Shown here piece after piece: positions 1 to 11,000 of a stretch of DNA of 36,290 nucleotides. Below the pieces are notes generated by a model. It made no database searches, had not been told where the DNA came from, and was given only the letters and a program-made list of their open reading frames with translations. How positions within the stretch are numbered: the stretch's first letter is position 1; the number at the start of each line of letters is the position of its first letter. Origin of the DNA: a virus (Duplodnaviria > Caudoviricetes); IMG/VR virus record IMGVR_UViG_3300017747_000923, positions 1 through 36,290 of that record; one strand, given 5' to 3'. Made by a program: the position numbers and the translations under genes.

Positions 1-1767
1 GGCAACCTAACTGGTTGTACTCGTGGGTACAGTTCTACTACAGCAGCAGCTCATGCTTACGGCGATCCTGTCTATATTCCTGTCACTGCTACTTCTGGCG
101 ATGCAGGGGCTGTAACTACGTTGAACGGTGCGATTACGACCACCAGCGGTACCGGCCCTATTACGTTGACCAGTGTTACGGGGTTTGATGCATCAGGTGT
201 GGTGCTTATTGACAGCGAGCTAATCTCGTATACGTCGATTGTTGGTAGCACCCTGGACGGTACGATTACTCGAGGCGTGGGCGGAACTACTGGCGCAACC
301 CATACCAACGGGTCAACCGTCACACAGGTACGAGGCGGCAGCTCAACGGTGGCTGCTTATCAAATTGCCTCGGGATCAGAGGTGCAAACTTCAACTTCAG
401 GCTGGGGTGCTGGATCTTGGGGTAGCGGGTCGTGGGGCACTGGCGCTGCGGGTACTTTGCCACTGCGGATCTGGTCCCAGGCTAACTTTGGCGAGGATCT
501 GGTTTTTGGCCCAGTCGGTGGCGGTATGTACTACTGGGATGCAAGCGGTACTGTGGCCGCTCGAGCTGTGCTGCTATCGTCATTAAGCGGGGCCTCGGAC
601 GTTCCAACGATCCAGAACTGGATTCTGGTATCAGATATCTACCGTTTTGTCTTTGCCTTGGGTTGTAACAACGCCTCAGACCCGACGACTCAGAACCCGA
701 TGCAGATCCGCTGGACAGACCAGGAAAGCGCGATCAATTGGACGCCGTCAATCACCAATCAGGCAGGTGGTCTGCTGTTATCGCACGGGTCTAAAATCAT
801 CACCGGGATGCAGGCACGGCAGGAAATTCTGGTGTGGACTGATACATCGATCTACTCGTTGCAGTACATCAGCCCTCAAGACCCATGGTTTGCCCAACTG
901 GTTGGCGACAACATTTCGTTGACGGGGCCTAATGCCGTGGCATATGCCAACGGTACAGCTTATTGGATGGGCACCGACAAGTTCTATCAGTACAACGGTA
1001 AGACTCAAACCTTGATCTGTGACCTGCGTCAGTACATCTACGGTGACATCAACCTTGAGCAGAGCTATCAGTTTGTAGCTGGTACTAATGAAGGCTTTAA
1101 CGAAATCTGGTTTTTCTACTGTTCAATCAGTGGGCCAGATGGAACGGGCACAAGCGCCAGCCCAAACACGGTGTTAGATCGGTATGTTGTGTATAACTAC
1201 GCTGAAAGCGACGGCAAAGGCGGTACCGGAATTTGGTACTACGGCAATCTGGGCCGGACTGCTTGGCTAGACTCGGCGCTGCAGGGTTTCCCCTTGGGGG
1301 CAACGTACAACTACAACATCGTCCAGCATGAGAATGGCACGGACGACAACACGACTTCATCCACGGAGCCGATTGTTGCCAGCATTACCTCTGCTGAGTT
1401 TGACCTGGATGATGGTGACAAGTTTATGTTTGTCAGGAGGGTGCTGCCGGATCTGACGTTCCGGGGGTCTACGGCAGAGTCTCCTTCCGGGGTACTAACT
1501 TTGCAGCCGCTCAAAAACTCAGGCTCTGGGTTTACTTCTCCGTCTTCTGTTGGCGGAAGTGGTAATGCATCGGTAACTCAGACTGTCCCCGGTACGTCTT
1601 ACACCATTGATGAGTTTACGGGGCAGGTGTATATTCGGATGCGCGGTCGCCAAATGTCCATGAAGTGGGAATCGACCGGCACTGGAGTGGCGTGGCAACT
1701 AGGTTCGATGCGTCTAGATGTACAGCCTGATGGTCGCGCCTCAGGTTCTGGGGTATCGGGGGGATAA
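1..1767 (+). CDS. Phage tail tubular/stabilization-type virion protein (5'-truncated by window edge)
   Basis: Frame is open from base 1 (GNLTGCTRGYSSTTAAAH...), so the start lies upstream. Beta-rich body with motifs typical of podovirus tail-tube/stabilization proteins (IRWTDQE..NW, EILVWTD, FNEIWFFY, DRYVVYNY, R.RGRQM). First gene of the structural block. Confidence 0.7.
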   Translation, partial: GNLTGCTRGYSSTTAAAHAYGDPVYIPVTATSGDAGAVTTLNGAITTTSGTGPITLTSVTGFDASGVVLIDSELISYTSIVGSTLDGTITRGVGGTTGATHTNGSTVTQVRGGSSTVAAYQIASGSEVQTSTSGWGAGSWGSGSWGTGAAGTLPLRIWSQANFGEDLVFGPVGGGMYYWDASGTVAARAVLLSSLSGASDVPTIQNWILVSDIYRFVFALGCNNASDPTTQNPMQIRWTDQESAINWTPSITNQAGGLLLSHGSKIITGMQARQEILVWTDTSIYSLQYISPQDPWFAQLVGDNISLTGPNAVAYANGTAYWMGTDKFYQYNGKTQTLICDLRQYIYGDINLEQSYQFVAGTNEGFNEIWFFYCSISGPDGTGTSASPNTVLDRYVVYNYAESDGKGGTGIWYYGNLGRTAWLDSALQGFPLGATYNYNIVQHENGTDDNTTSSTEPIVASITSAEFDLDDGDKFMFVRRVLPDLTFRGSTAESPSGVLTLQPLKNSGSGFTSPSSVGGSGNASVTQTVPGTSYTIDEFTGQVYIRMRGRQMSMKWESTGTGVAWQLGSMRLDVQPDGRASGSGVSGG

Positions 1768-3140
1768 TGCTTACCACTGTTACCTATAGCACCCGTGCGC
1801 CCGCCCTGCCGTATGCACCAGATGGCTACGACAAACGGTATGTTGACCAGTTCAACAACATCCTTCGCATCTACTTTAACCAGCTGGATGCGGCGATAAG
1901 GAATCTTGTGGCAACTACAGACAGCGCAATCCCGGTATCAATTGGCGGCACTAACGTCGATGCGTTTGGCCGTTTGCGGGTCAGCAACCCTCTGACTCTG
2001 TTTGACTCCTCCCACCGCTACGCGGACAACAACCTGTGGGTCAACAGCATCACCGGCACCGCAGCAGCCACGTTCAGCGCGGATGAGGGCTTGATCAACA
2101 TGACTGTTGGCTCCGCCAGCGGCGATCAGATCATCCGCGAGACCATCAAAGTCTTTGCGTATCAACCGGGCAAGAGCCTGTTGGTTATGAGCACCTTTGT
2201 GTTTGGTACGGCCAAGGCGAACCTGCGTCAGCGTGTCGGTTACTATGGCGCTGCCAACGGCATTTACTTTGAGCGCGACGGGACGACCAACTACATGGTC
2301 GAGCGCAGCAGCGTGACGGGCTCTGTGGTCAATACGCGAATTGCCCAGGCCGATTGGAACCAGGACCCCTTGAACGGCACTGGGCCCTCGGGCTTGACGC
2401 TGGATTCTTCCAAGGCGCAGATTCTGTACATGGACGTCGAGTGGCTGGGCCTTGGCACAGTTCGCACGGGCTTCATCATCAACGGGGAGTTCATCCCTGT
2501 GCACAACTTTGATCACGCCAACCTTGTCACCACTACTTACATCACCACCGCCTCCCTGCCGTTGCGGTATGAGATGACCAACACTGCGGCCACCTCCGGG
2601 GCCAGTACTCTTAAGCAGGTCTGCTCCACCGTGATCTCCGAGGGCGGCTATGAACTGCGTGGGGCGCAGCTATCCGCCGGTAATACCATTACAAGCCCCA
2701 CCACGCTGACCACCGCCGGGACGCTCTACCCCATCGTGTCGATCCGCTTGAAGACAGCGCGGCTAGACGCAATTGCCATTCTGACCGCCATATCAATCTT
2801 AGGTGTTACCAACAACGCAAATTACAAGTGGTCGGTGATTGCCTCTGGCACTACGACCGGCGGCACTTGGGTAAGTGCGGGCACAAATTCGGGGGTGGAG
2901 TACAACATCACCGGCACGGCGTTTACTACCGGCACTGGGCGCATCTTGGCAACGGGCTATTTCCAAGGCTCCAACCAAGGAGCGGCCAGCGTGGACATTT
3001 TGAAGGCGGCGCTATTTACCACCCAGCTTGAGCGTGACCCGTTTACCCCGACTGCTTATGAGCTAACGCTGACCTGCGCGGCAGCATCCAACGGGGATCA
3101 GGTGCTTGGCTCTTTGGACTGGGAAGAGATCAGCAGGTAA
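1767..3140 (+). CDS. Phage virion/tail-associated protein, 457 aa
   Basis: TAATG overlap with the upstream gene. N-terminal APALPYAP..YD...DQFNNILRIYFNQLD segment followed by a DAFGRLRVSNP beta-rich domain seen in phage structural proteins. Confidence 0.6.
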   Translation: MLTTVTYSTRAPALPYAPDGYDKRYVDQFNNILRIYFNQLDAAIRNLVATTDSAIPVSIGGTNVDAFGRLRVSNPLTLFDSSHRYADNNLWVNSITGTAAATFSADEGLINMTVGSASGDQIIRETIKVFAYQPGKSLLVMSTFVFGTAKANLRQRVGYYGAANGIYFERDGTTNYMVERSSVTGSVVNTRIAQADWNQDPLNGTGPSGLTLDSSKAQILYMDVEWLGLGTVRTGFIINGEFIPVHNFDHANLVTTTYITTASLPLRYEMTNTAATSGASTLKQVCSTVISEGGYELRGAQLSAGNTITSPTTLTTAGTLYPIVSIRLKTARLDAIAILTAISILGVTNNANYKWSVIASGTTTGGTWVSAGTNSGVEYNITGTAFTTGTGRILATGYFQGSNQGAASVDILKAALFTTQLERDPFTPTAYELTLTCAAASNGDQVLGSLDWEEISR

Positions 3141-3150
3141 TCGGGGGTTA

Positions 3151-5106
3151 ATGATGGCTGATGCGAAATCACAGTACAACGAACTGGTCAGTATCTGGGA
3201 CAACCCGGATAAGTATAAGTCTTGGTTTGATAGCCAAGGTCTGGTTACGTTCCCCGGTGGCTACGACGAAAACGGATATACGCCAGAGTCTTATGCTCGA
3301 GTAGTTGGCACCGAAACCAAGTACATGGTGAATGATGAGGGGGGTATCTCACCTTATCAGGCACCAAAGTACGAAATGGTTGCTGACCCCAAGCAAACCC
3401 TGATGCAGCAAATCAATACGCTTGCCCCCCAGGTTGGTGAGCGCCCGTTTGTTTCTACCAGCGCCGACAGCAAAACCAACAAGATTGCCGCAGAGATTGC
3501 CGATCAGCGAGCGCAGTACGGTACCGAGAGTAGATGGCAGGGTGGTGCTCGAGCTGCTTTTGGCGGGGCGACTGGGCTTGATGTGCAGATGGCGCAGGAT
3601 CTGGCCTCGCGTGGCATCACCAGCTTGTCTCAGATCAAGCAAAAGGAAGTACCGGAAACAGCTCCGTCCTATGATGCTAACTCTGGGGAATGGGTCGAAA
3701 AACCGACAGGGCGCACCACGACTGTAGCTTGGAATTCTGCAGCTGATGAGCCTCTTGCTCGTCAAGGCTACCAACATGAGCGGGCGGGTTCTGGCAACGT
3801 GTGGAGCGGCACCTATGCTGGCTCTGGCAACACGATGTACAACGTGGACTTTGATCCGCAGGGCAATCCAATCTTTTCGACCAGCGGGGCGTCAAGTGAA
3901 GACGCCATGCAATACGTCACGCCTGCCCTGATGTTTGCCGCTATCGCAGCAGGCGGCGGAGCGTTTGCGCCTGAGTTGCTCGGGGCTGGCGAAGCGGCTA
4001 CTGTTGCAGGATTGACCGGGGAAGCTGGTGCTCTGGCTGCTAATGCTGGGTTAGGCGCTGGTGCCGCTGGGGCTGCTGGTGCGGAGCTTGGTGGTTTGGC
4101 TGCTGGCTATGGCGCAGAACAGATTGGTGGTATTACGGCAGCGGATCTTGGGCAGGCAGGGCTGAGTGCTGGCCTGGACGAAGTTACCATGGGAGAACTG
4201 GTAAAAGATATGCCGGGAGTCGCGGAAGCCGCGCCAGTTCCTGGGCGTCCTGATCTAGGTATGACTCCGCTGTCTGACCCCCCCTCGCTCTATAACCCGC
4301 TAGACATTGGTACATCGGATGTCGGCGGGCTGGACTCGCTTTCTACTGCAGACTTGACGCAGGAGCTTGGCTACGATGCAGTAGAAAGTGCGGGGACAGA
4401 AGGCGTATTGCCTACGGACACCGAGACAGCGCAAGCAGCATTAGACCAGGACATTACGCCACTTATGGATTCGCCCGCAGGTGGTGGTCCAGCCCCAGGA
4501 GATTATTTTTCTGCCAACACTCCGGTTACTGCTGCTGATGCAGCGGCTAATGCTGCAGGTGCTGTTACGACTACAGCTGGGTTACCTGCACTAAAAGATC
4601 TGATTCCGCTTGCTCCGTCTTTAACTCGTTTACTAACAGAAGATGGTGGGGGAGGCGGCATTAGTAGTGTGGGCGGCTGGAGTGGCACCGTGCCGAAATA
4701 TCGGGCGGTGCAAGAACGTATTCAGTATGACGATACCAACCGCCGTCCTGGTTCTGCGGGCCGTAGATACTTCACGCCACTGCGGTATGAACCGATTACT
4801 GACACGACTGCACCGGTTACCTTCGCGGGTGGTGGTCTGGCGGGGCTTGCTCGAGGTCGCTATTTAGGCGGGCCGACAGATGGTATGGCAGATGAGATTC
4901 CTGCTAACATTGAGGGCAAGCAGCCTGCTGCTCTCAGCCACGGGGAATTTGTAATCCCTGCCGACGTAGTCAGCCATCTGGGTAACGGTAATTCAGACGC
5001 CGGAGCGCAACGCCTGTACGCCATGATGGACAAAATCCGCAAAGCCCGCACCGGAACGACTAAGCAGGGCAAGCAAATCAACCCCGACAAATACCTTCCC
5101 GTGTGA
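3151..5106 (+). CDS. Putative internal virion/ejection protein (~650 aa)
   Basis: ATG at 3151/3154 after GGGGT, used instead of the ORF-track start at 3106. Central Ala/Gly-rich hydrophobic stretch; C-terminal GPTDGMADEIPA...LSHGEFVIPADVVSHLGNG motif common in phage internal/tape-measure-like proteins. Confidence 0.65.
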   Translation: MMADAKSQYNELVSIWDNPDKYKSWFDSQGLVTFPGGYDENGYTPESYARVVGTETKYMVNDEGGISPYQAPKYEMVADPKQTLMQQINTLAPQVGERPFVSTSADSKTNKIAAEIADQRAQYGTESRWQGGARAAFGGATGLDVQMAQDLASRGITSLSQIKQKEVPETAPSYDANSGEWVEKPTGRTTTVAWNSAADEPLARQGYQHERAGSGNVWSGTYAGSGNTMYNVDFDPQGNPIFSTSGASSEDAMQYVTPALMFAAIAAGGGAFAPELLGAGEAATVAGLTGEAGALAANAGLGAGAAGAAGAELGGLAAGYGAEQIGGITAADLGQAGLSAGLDEVTMGELVKDMPGVAEAAPVPGRPDLGMTPLSDPPSLYNPLDIGTSDVGGLDSLSTADLTQELGYDAVESAGTEGVLPTDTETAQAALDQDITPLMDSPAGGGPAPGDYFSANTPVTAADAAANAAGAVTTTAGLPALKDLIPLAPSLTRLLTEDGGGGGISSVGGWSGTVPKYRAVQERIQYDDTNRRPGSAGRRYFTPLRYEPITDTTAPVTFAGGGLAGLARGRYLGGPTDGMADEIPANIEGKQPAALSHGEFVIPADVVSHLGNGNSDAGAQRLYAMMDKIRKARTGTTKQGKQINPDKYLPV

Positions 5107-5113
5107 GGTTACT

Positions 5114-5971
5114 ATGGCTACTTCCAATAGCCCCGGCGTGAATCTCCCCCCTGATCCGACTGCAGGGCAAGAACTTTCCTCGTCCAGCACCTTGTCTTCG
5201 TGGGCTGCTCCTGCGGTAACAGACTTGGTGGCACGGGCGGAAGCTTACTCCAAGACGCCTTATGAAGCCTATACCGGTCCGTTAAGCGCCGGGGAGTCTG
5301 ATTTACAGAAACAGGCATTCCAGGGGCTAAGTAATCTCACCATCCCCACGGATATGATGAAGGCGTATACGCCTCGGTCGTTCACGGATGAGGGTATTGC
5401 CACCAAGTACATGAATCCGTTTTTGGAGCAAGTACTTGAGCCGCAGCGGGCAGAGGCAGAACGTGCGGCTGGTATTAAACGACTGGAAACCTTGGGTCGG
5501 TTCACCCGTCCTGGCGGGGCGTCTGCATTTGGTGGGGATCGTCAAGCCATCATGGAAGCAGAAGGTGAGCGCAATCTTGCCACGCTGCTCGACAAGATTA
5601 CCGGTGAAGGTTACAAGAACGCTTACGATGTCGCGGCCAAATTGTTTGGCACTGAGGAAGATCGGGCGTTGCTTGCGAACAGGCAGGCTCAAGACTATGG
5701 GTTGGCGGCGCTGAAACAGCAGGCAGCTGCGGGTGAAACCCAGCGGGCCATTGAATCGGAAGGCATCAAAGCTGACATTGCGCAGTTTGAGAAAGAGCTT
5801 CAAGACCCGCAGAAGAAAATGGAGTTCATAAGCGGTATCTTGAAGACGCTGCCGATTAGCACGACTAATAAAACGTACCAAGACGCAAGCGATGTTTCCC
5901 AAATCCTGGGCGACCTTGGTGCTGGGCTTGTGCTGGCTGAGTACTACAAGAAACTCTTCCCTGAGGGTTAA
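5114..5971 (+). CDS. Putative internal virion/DNA-ejection protein, 285 aa
   Basis: GAGG RBS; YMNPF..QV and AFGGDRQAI motifs; helical Q/A-rich body with hydrophobic C-terminus; position in the structural operon. Confidence 0.6.
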   Translation: MATSNSPGVNLPPDPTAGQELSSSSTLSSWAAPAVTDLVARAEAYSKTPYEAYTGPLSAGESDLQKQAFQGLSNLTIPTDMMKAYTPRSFTDEGIATKYMNPFLEQVLEPQRAEAERAAGIKRLETLGRFTRPGGASAFGGDRQAIMEAEGERNLATLLDKITGEGYKNAYDVAAKLFGTEEDRALLANRQAQDYGLAALKQQAAAGETQRAIESEGIKADIAQFEKELQDPQKKMEFISGILKTLPISTTNKTYQDASDVSQILGDLGAGLVLAEYYKKLFPEG

Positions 5972-5973
5972 TC

Positions 5974-8010
5974 ATGATGCCTTCCAATGTCTCCTCGGTG
6001 GTCGATGCGTATCGCGGGCGTGAGCCTGAGTTGATGCAGCGGTATCAGAACAGTCAGGAACTCATCTACCTGCTGGCCCTGCAGAAGCTCAAGTCCGAGA
6101 AAGAAGCAGCGATGCGGGACATCCAGATGAAGATGAAACCGCGGGGTGAGCCGCCCACGATTGCCCAGCAACGGGAAGACGAGGTGCGCGATCTCAGCAT
6201 GAAAGAGTTTGCCACTCAGGTCAGCGGGGCTATGCAGCAAAAGCAGGCCCAGCTGCAGGATGCGCAGCGTAATCTATTGGCTCAAGGTCTGGCTGCAGCG
6301 CCTGGAGCTAATACGGCTATGACGCCCAAAGCTATGGCCGCGGGTGGGATCGTAGCGTTTTCTGGAACAACTGGGTCACAAGTACCGGAGGTTGATCCTA
6401 TTTCGGAACCTGAAACTACGGTTGTTCCTTCTGGTGTACGGCAGCTTAGTTCTTCCCAAGGCGCTGGAATCTTGGATGCGGAACTACAAAGAATTACTGA
6501 CGAACGCAACAAAGCTCGTGATACTTTGGAAGGGTATACGTTTAGACGACAAGGGCAAGATCCTACTGGGTTTGCAGAAGCTAAACGACAATATGAAGTT
6601 TTGACGGAACGCCAACTACAACTTCAAAAACAACAATTCCAACAAAATCGCCCAGAAGTTGCTTTCCCTGGTCGTTCAACTGTTCGTAATGCTCCATCCC
6701 CAGTATCAACTGTTACGCCGCCCACTGCTGAAGCTGGTTTGCCGCGCGGGTATACCGCATATCCCACGTCGCAAGCATCGGGGATTGCTAGCCGTACCCC
6801 GCCCGCTGCGCCCAGCGCCCAGCCCGAGGGAAGCGCAGAAGCTCCTAATGTTGCCGGCGGTCTTAACGTGCCTGAATTACAGCGCAGCATTATGGCACGC
6901 TTAAATCAGGGGGTTATGTCTCCGCATCCATCTATTATCAATGCCGTTAGTGGATTGGGAGGATATCAACCAGGGCAAGGCGATACGCTTGCTGCTATTA
7001 AAGCAGAGCTTGCCAAAATGCCGCAAGGTAACGAACGGCAACAAGAATTGCTAGATGCGCTCAAAGCATCTATTGCTGCTAATACTATGCATGGTCAAAT
7101 GTATCCGGGCATGAGTCCGGAGAACCTCAGGGCCCGTCAACAGGCAATTGAGCAGATTCGGGCAGAGGCTGGCCAGGAGTTTGACCCCAAGAAACAGGCG
7201 CTGGCTGGGCTGGCGCGGTTCCTGTTGGGTGCTGCTGGGCGTACTCGAGGCAATGAGTTTGCGGGTGCTGGTGCTGCGGGGCTTAACTATCTTGAGCAAC
7301 AAGCTGCTGCTGAGAAAGCCAGTAAAGCGCAGATTCGCGGAGAAGAAGAGAGTCTCCGTAAGATGCAAGAGGCTGAAGCAGTGGCTAAGTACGGCGCCAA
7401 AGGCAAAGCTTTGGAGGCTGCAATTCAAGGCCAGGGTGTTGTGGCCAAGTTGCTTACTGATATGTCAGAAGGTGATGCAACCCGTGGCAACTATCTTGCT
7501 CGGACGGCGCTGGAGCTGGCAAGCCGTAAGGACATTAACGACAATGAGCTTCGTGCCAAGCTAAGAATCGCTGCTGCAGATCTTGGTGTGAAGCTGGCAG
7601 AAGGTCAGCTGGATCGGGTTGTCAAAGCCGCGGGCGTGGAAGCAGAACTGGTCCGAGCTGCGGTTGTGCAGGAAGATACTATGGGTCAACGCCGTAGCGA
7701 AGAAATCTCACGATTGACGGGGCAATTAGTCCAGCAGTCGCGTGAGGCCGCTGAAGACTATGACAAGCGGAAACCTATTGGCTTGGCAAACTTGAACCGT
7801 GGCGATCCCAATTTGAAGCCTGACCAAATCACGGCTTTGGACAACTGGGAACGTGATAAAAAGCTGGAAATCCAGCGACTGACTAAACCTTTACGAGAGC
7901 GTTTGGCGGCATTACAAGGTGGCAGGCCAAACTATTCTTTGACAGAGCCTGACTATAGGTCTGCTGCTGAACAAAATGTTAGAGTTACGGGTGTTAATGC
8001 TCCCCGCTAA
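5974..8010 (+). CDS. Putative internal virion protein, 678 aa
   Basis: Long coiled-coil Q/A/E-rich ORF containing MAAGGIVAF; lies between the ejection-like genes and the giant gene. Confidence 0.6.
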   Translation: MMPSNVSSVVDAYRGREPELMQRYQNSQELIYLLALQKLKSEKEAAMRDIQMKMKPRGEPPTIAQQREDEVRDLSMKEFATQVSGAMQQKQAQLQDAQRNLLAQGLAAAPGANTAMTPKAMAAGGIVAFSGTTGSQVPEVDPISEPETTVVPSGVRQLSSSQGAGILDAELQRITDERNKARDTLEGYTFRRQGQDPTGFAEAKRQYEVLTERQLQLQKQQFQQNRPEVAFPGRSTVRNAPSPVSTVTPPTAEAGLPRGYTAYPTSQASGIASRTPPAAPSAQPEGSAEAPNVAGGLNVPELQRSIMARLNQGVMSPHPSIINAVSGLGGYQPGQGDTLAAIKAELAKMPQGNERQQELLDALKASIAANTMHGQMYPGMSPENLRARQQAIEQIRAEAGQEFDPKKQALAGLARFLLGAAGRTRGNEFAGAGAAGLNYLEQQAAAEKASKAQIRGEEESLRKMQEAEAVAKYGAKGKALEAAIQGQGVVAKLLTDMSEGDATRGNYLARTALELASRKDINDNELRAKLRIAAADLGVKLAEGQLDRVVKAAGVEAELVRAAVVQEDTMGQRRSEEISRLTGQLVQQSREAAEDYDKRKPIGLANLNRGDPNLKPDQITALDNWERDKKLEIQRLTKPLRERLAALQGGRPNYSLTEPDYRSAAEQNVRVTGVNAPR

Positions 8011-8021
8011 TAAGGTCAATT

Positions 8022-11000
8022 ATGCCGATCTTCAAAGTACAGGGTCCGGACGGATACACCTACTCTGTTGAAGCACCGGAGGGCACGTCCCCGGCTTTGT
8101 TGCAACAGGCAATCCAAGAACAGGGATCGGCAGCAAAGCAGCAAGCTCGCAATCGATCGTATACCGAGGCGCTAGTTACTGATCCTGCCGCCTCGATTGT
8201 CAAGGGGCTGGGCAGTCTGGCTCAGTTTCCGGCACAGCTATACGGGTTGGCGACCGGCGACATGGATACGGCCCTGAACAGGGCTGGTGCGGCAGTCAAG
8301 AAGTATGGCGAGGAGATGCAATCTCCCGGCCTGCAGATGCGCGAAGCTCAACGCGCTGCCGCAGTACAGGAAGCAGAGAAGCGCGGCCAGCTGTCGGCGT
8401 TTGGTACTGCGTTTGGCGAGACGGTCAAAGATCCTGCTTTGATCAGTTCGTTTCTGTTGGAACAGGTTCCCCAACTATTAGTTCCGTTTGGTGGGGCCAA
8501 GGTTGCTCAGGGTGCTAGTTTGGCCCGTTCTGCTATGGCCGGTGTCCCGGTTGCGGCTGGTGCTCAGGCAGCTCAAACCGCGGCATACCGTACTGCGCTA
8601 GGTCTGGGCGCTCTGCAACAAGGCGCTGATGTCGGGGCGGAATCTTACGAAGAGCTGTACAAGGAACTAATCAAACAGCAGATTGATCCGGCCACTGCCA
8701 AGCAGATGGCGTTGGATCGGGCTCGAGCTGTTGGCGCGTCAGCGTCTACCATTTCGTTGCTGGCTCAGAAGCTTCCTGGTGCTAAGACTATTGAAGAAGC
8801 AATGGCTAATGTGCCGTTGCGCAAAACAGTTTCACAAACGATTCAGACCCCCGGAGGCACTAGCACAGCCACCAAGTTTGGCGAAACCCGTCTGGGCTCA
8901 GGTATCAAAGGTCTGCTTGGTGAGTCGGCTAGTGAAGTCGCTGAAGAGGTGGGTGGCAAATTTGCCAGTAACGTGGCAATGCAGAACATCAACCCTGAGG
9001 CTTCGCTGGCTTCTGGCCTGGGCGCGACTGCTGCCATGGCGGCTATTGGCGGCGGCACGATGGGTGGTGTGCTCGGTCTGCTGCGCAAACCTGAAGCAGA
9101 AGCGCCGCCTGCAGCCGCTCAAAGTGGAAATATTTCCACTCCTGCTCCGGGTCAACAAGGGCAACTCCCTGCTGGTCAACCCCCTGCGGGGCAATTGCCT
9201 CCTGGTCAGCCTCCTGCGGCGCCTCCGCCTGTTGACGCGATTCAAAAGTTTGTGGATTCGCAGACGGAAGAACAGCAGAAACAGATGTTGGCTGCGCTCG
9301 AGGCCAAGGCTAAAGGTACGCCCGATACACAAGTTGTTGATTCAGATGGCAAGCTCATCACTATCCCTGGTACGCCGCCAGAACTTTTACAACCGGTAGA
9401 GCGTATTGTTTATCAGTTGCTCCGGGATAAGTTTGCCGCGCCGGCAGCACCTACTGCGCCTACGACTACACCGCCTACTGGGGCCGCTCCGACTGCGCCT
9501 ACGGGTGCAGCTCCGACTCCTCCTGGAGAAGCGCCGCCTACTGAACCTACTGGAGAAGCTCCGGTTCCGACTGGCGCAGCGCCGACTCCGCCGACTGAAC
9601 CACCTGCTGAACCGCCCACGACACCTCCTGTAGATACGACTACTCCGCCTACGCAGTTTCCTGTTCCTCCCACACCGGAGCCACCGCCCAGCAATTATTT
9701 GGCTACGCAGCCGCTTGCCGAAAACACCGAGGCGCGGATGTGGCAAGCCAAATCAGGAATGTATGGCGTTGGGCTTTGGGATAACGATGGCAAAGAGTTT
9801 GTTGGCGGTATAACTTTTTGGCCCAATCAACAGAATGCTCGAACAAAATTTGACGAGCTTGTTAGTAAGTCGTTGCCGGCCGCTCCTACTGGAGAAGCAC
9901 CTGCTGTTCAGCCTACGCCTTCTAGATATGAAGTCAAACAACAGTACAAAGATCAAAATGGGGTAGATGTTCCGGCTGGTTGGCAGCTCTTAGAAGATGG
10001 TAATTGGGCGCAAACATTTGCTACTAAAAAAGAAGCTGATAATGTCAAACGCGCTTTAGATGAAAAAGATAATCTAGAAGCACAAATTGCCAAGCTTCGT
10101 CAAAGCCAAGATCCTGGGGTTGGCAATCAGATTGAATCTCTGTTTGCCCGTAAACAGAGGTTAGAAGATTGGTTGTCAGCGCCCCCTTTTAATACTTACC
10201 CGTCAGAATCTGCATTGTCGGGAGGGAAAGAATATCGACCTAAAGTTTCAAGCGCGCCTGCGCCGACCGCTCCTAGCCAACCACCTGTAACGCCTCCTAC
10301 TGGTGCAGCGCCTACTCAGCCGTCTACTACGCCTGCGCAACCATTGACGCCGAACACAATTAGCTCGCGACAACAACGGGCGATTGAAGAGTTTCTTAAT
10401 AATTTAAGAAATGATGGAGGAAGTCGCCTTTGGGGGGCATTGCGTAGCAATCATCCGTTGATTCTAAACAATCGTGTCGCACAACTTCGCAAAGTAACAG
10501 ATGCGTTGGCAAGCGGCATAGATAAATCTGGCAACATTGTTAAATTAACTCCTGATCTAAAAATCGTTTCATCTCCCCCTAATGTTAAAACTCCTGCGGG
10601 TAAGCCTACTGCTCCTACGGCTACCAAGCCGCCTGTCACGCCGCCTGCCGGTGAAGCGCCTGCTGGCAAACCAGCTGTGGAGCCAGGGCCTAATAAGATC
10701 TTTACTGATGATGCCGCGGCCAAAGCGCGTGAGCTTCTACGTCGCAAACTGGGTGGCACTCTTTATTCTGGTGGCCTTGATCCAGAAATTATTCAGGCTG
10801 GTATTACGCTAGCCGGTTATCACATTGAAAAAGGTGCCCGTACTTTTGCGGCTTATGTACGCGCCATGTTTGCTGACCTTGGCGATATTGCCAAGCCGTA
10901 CCTTAAATCATGGTACATGGGCGTCAAGTTTGATCCTCGTGCTGCAGACCTGGAAGGATTAGATTCCAGCGCGGCAGTGGAAGCAGCAGACGTTGATGCC

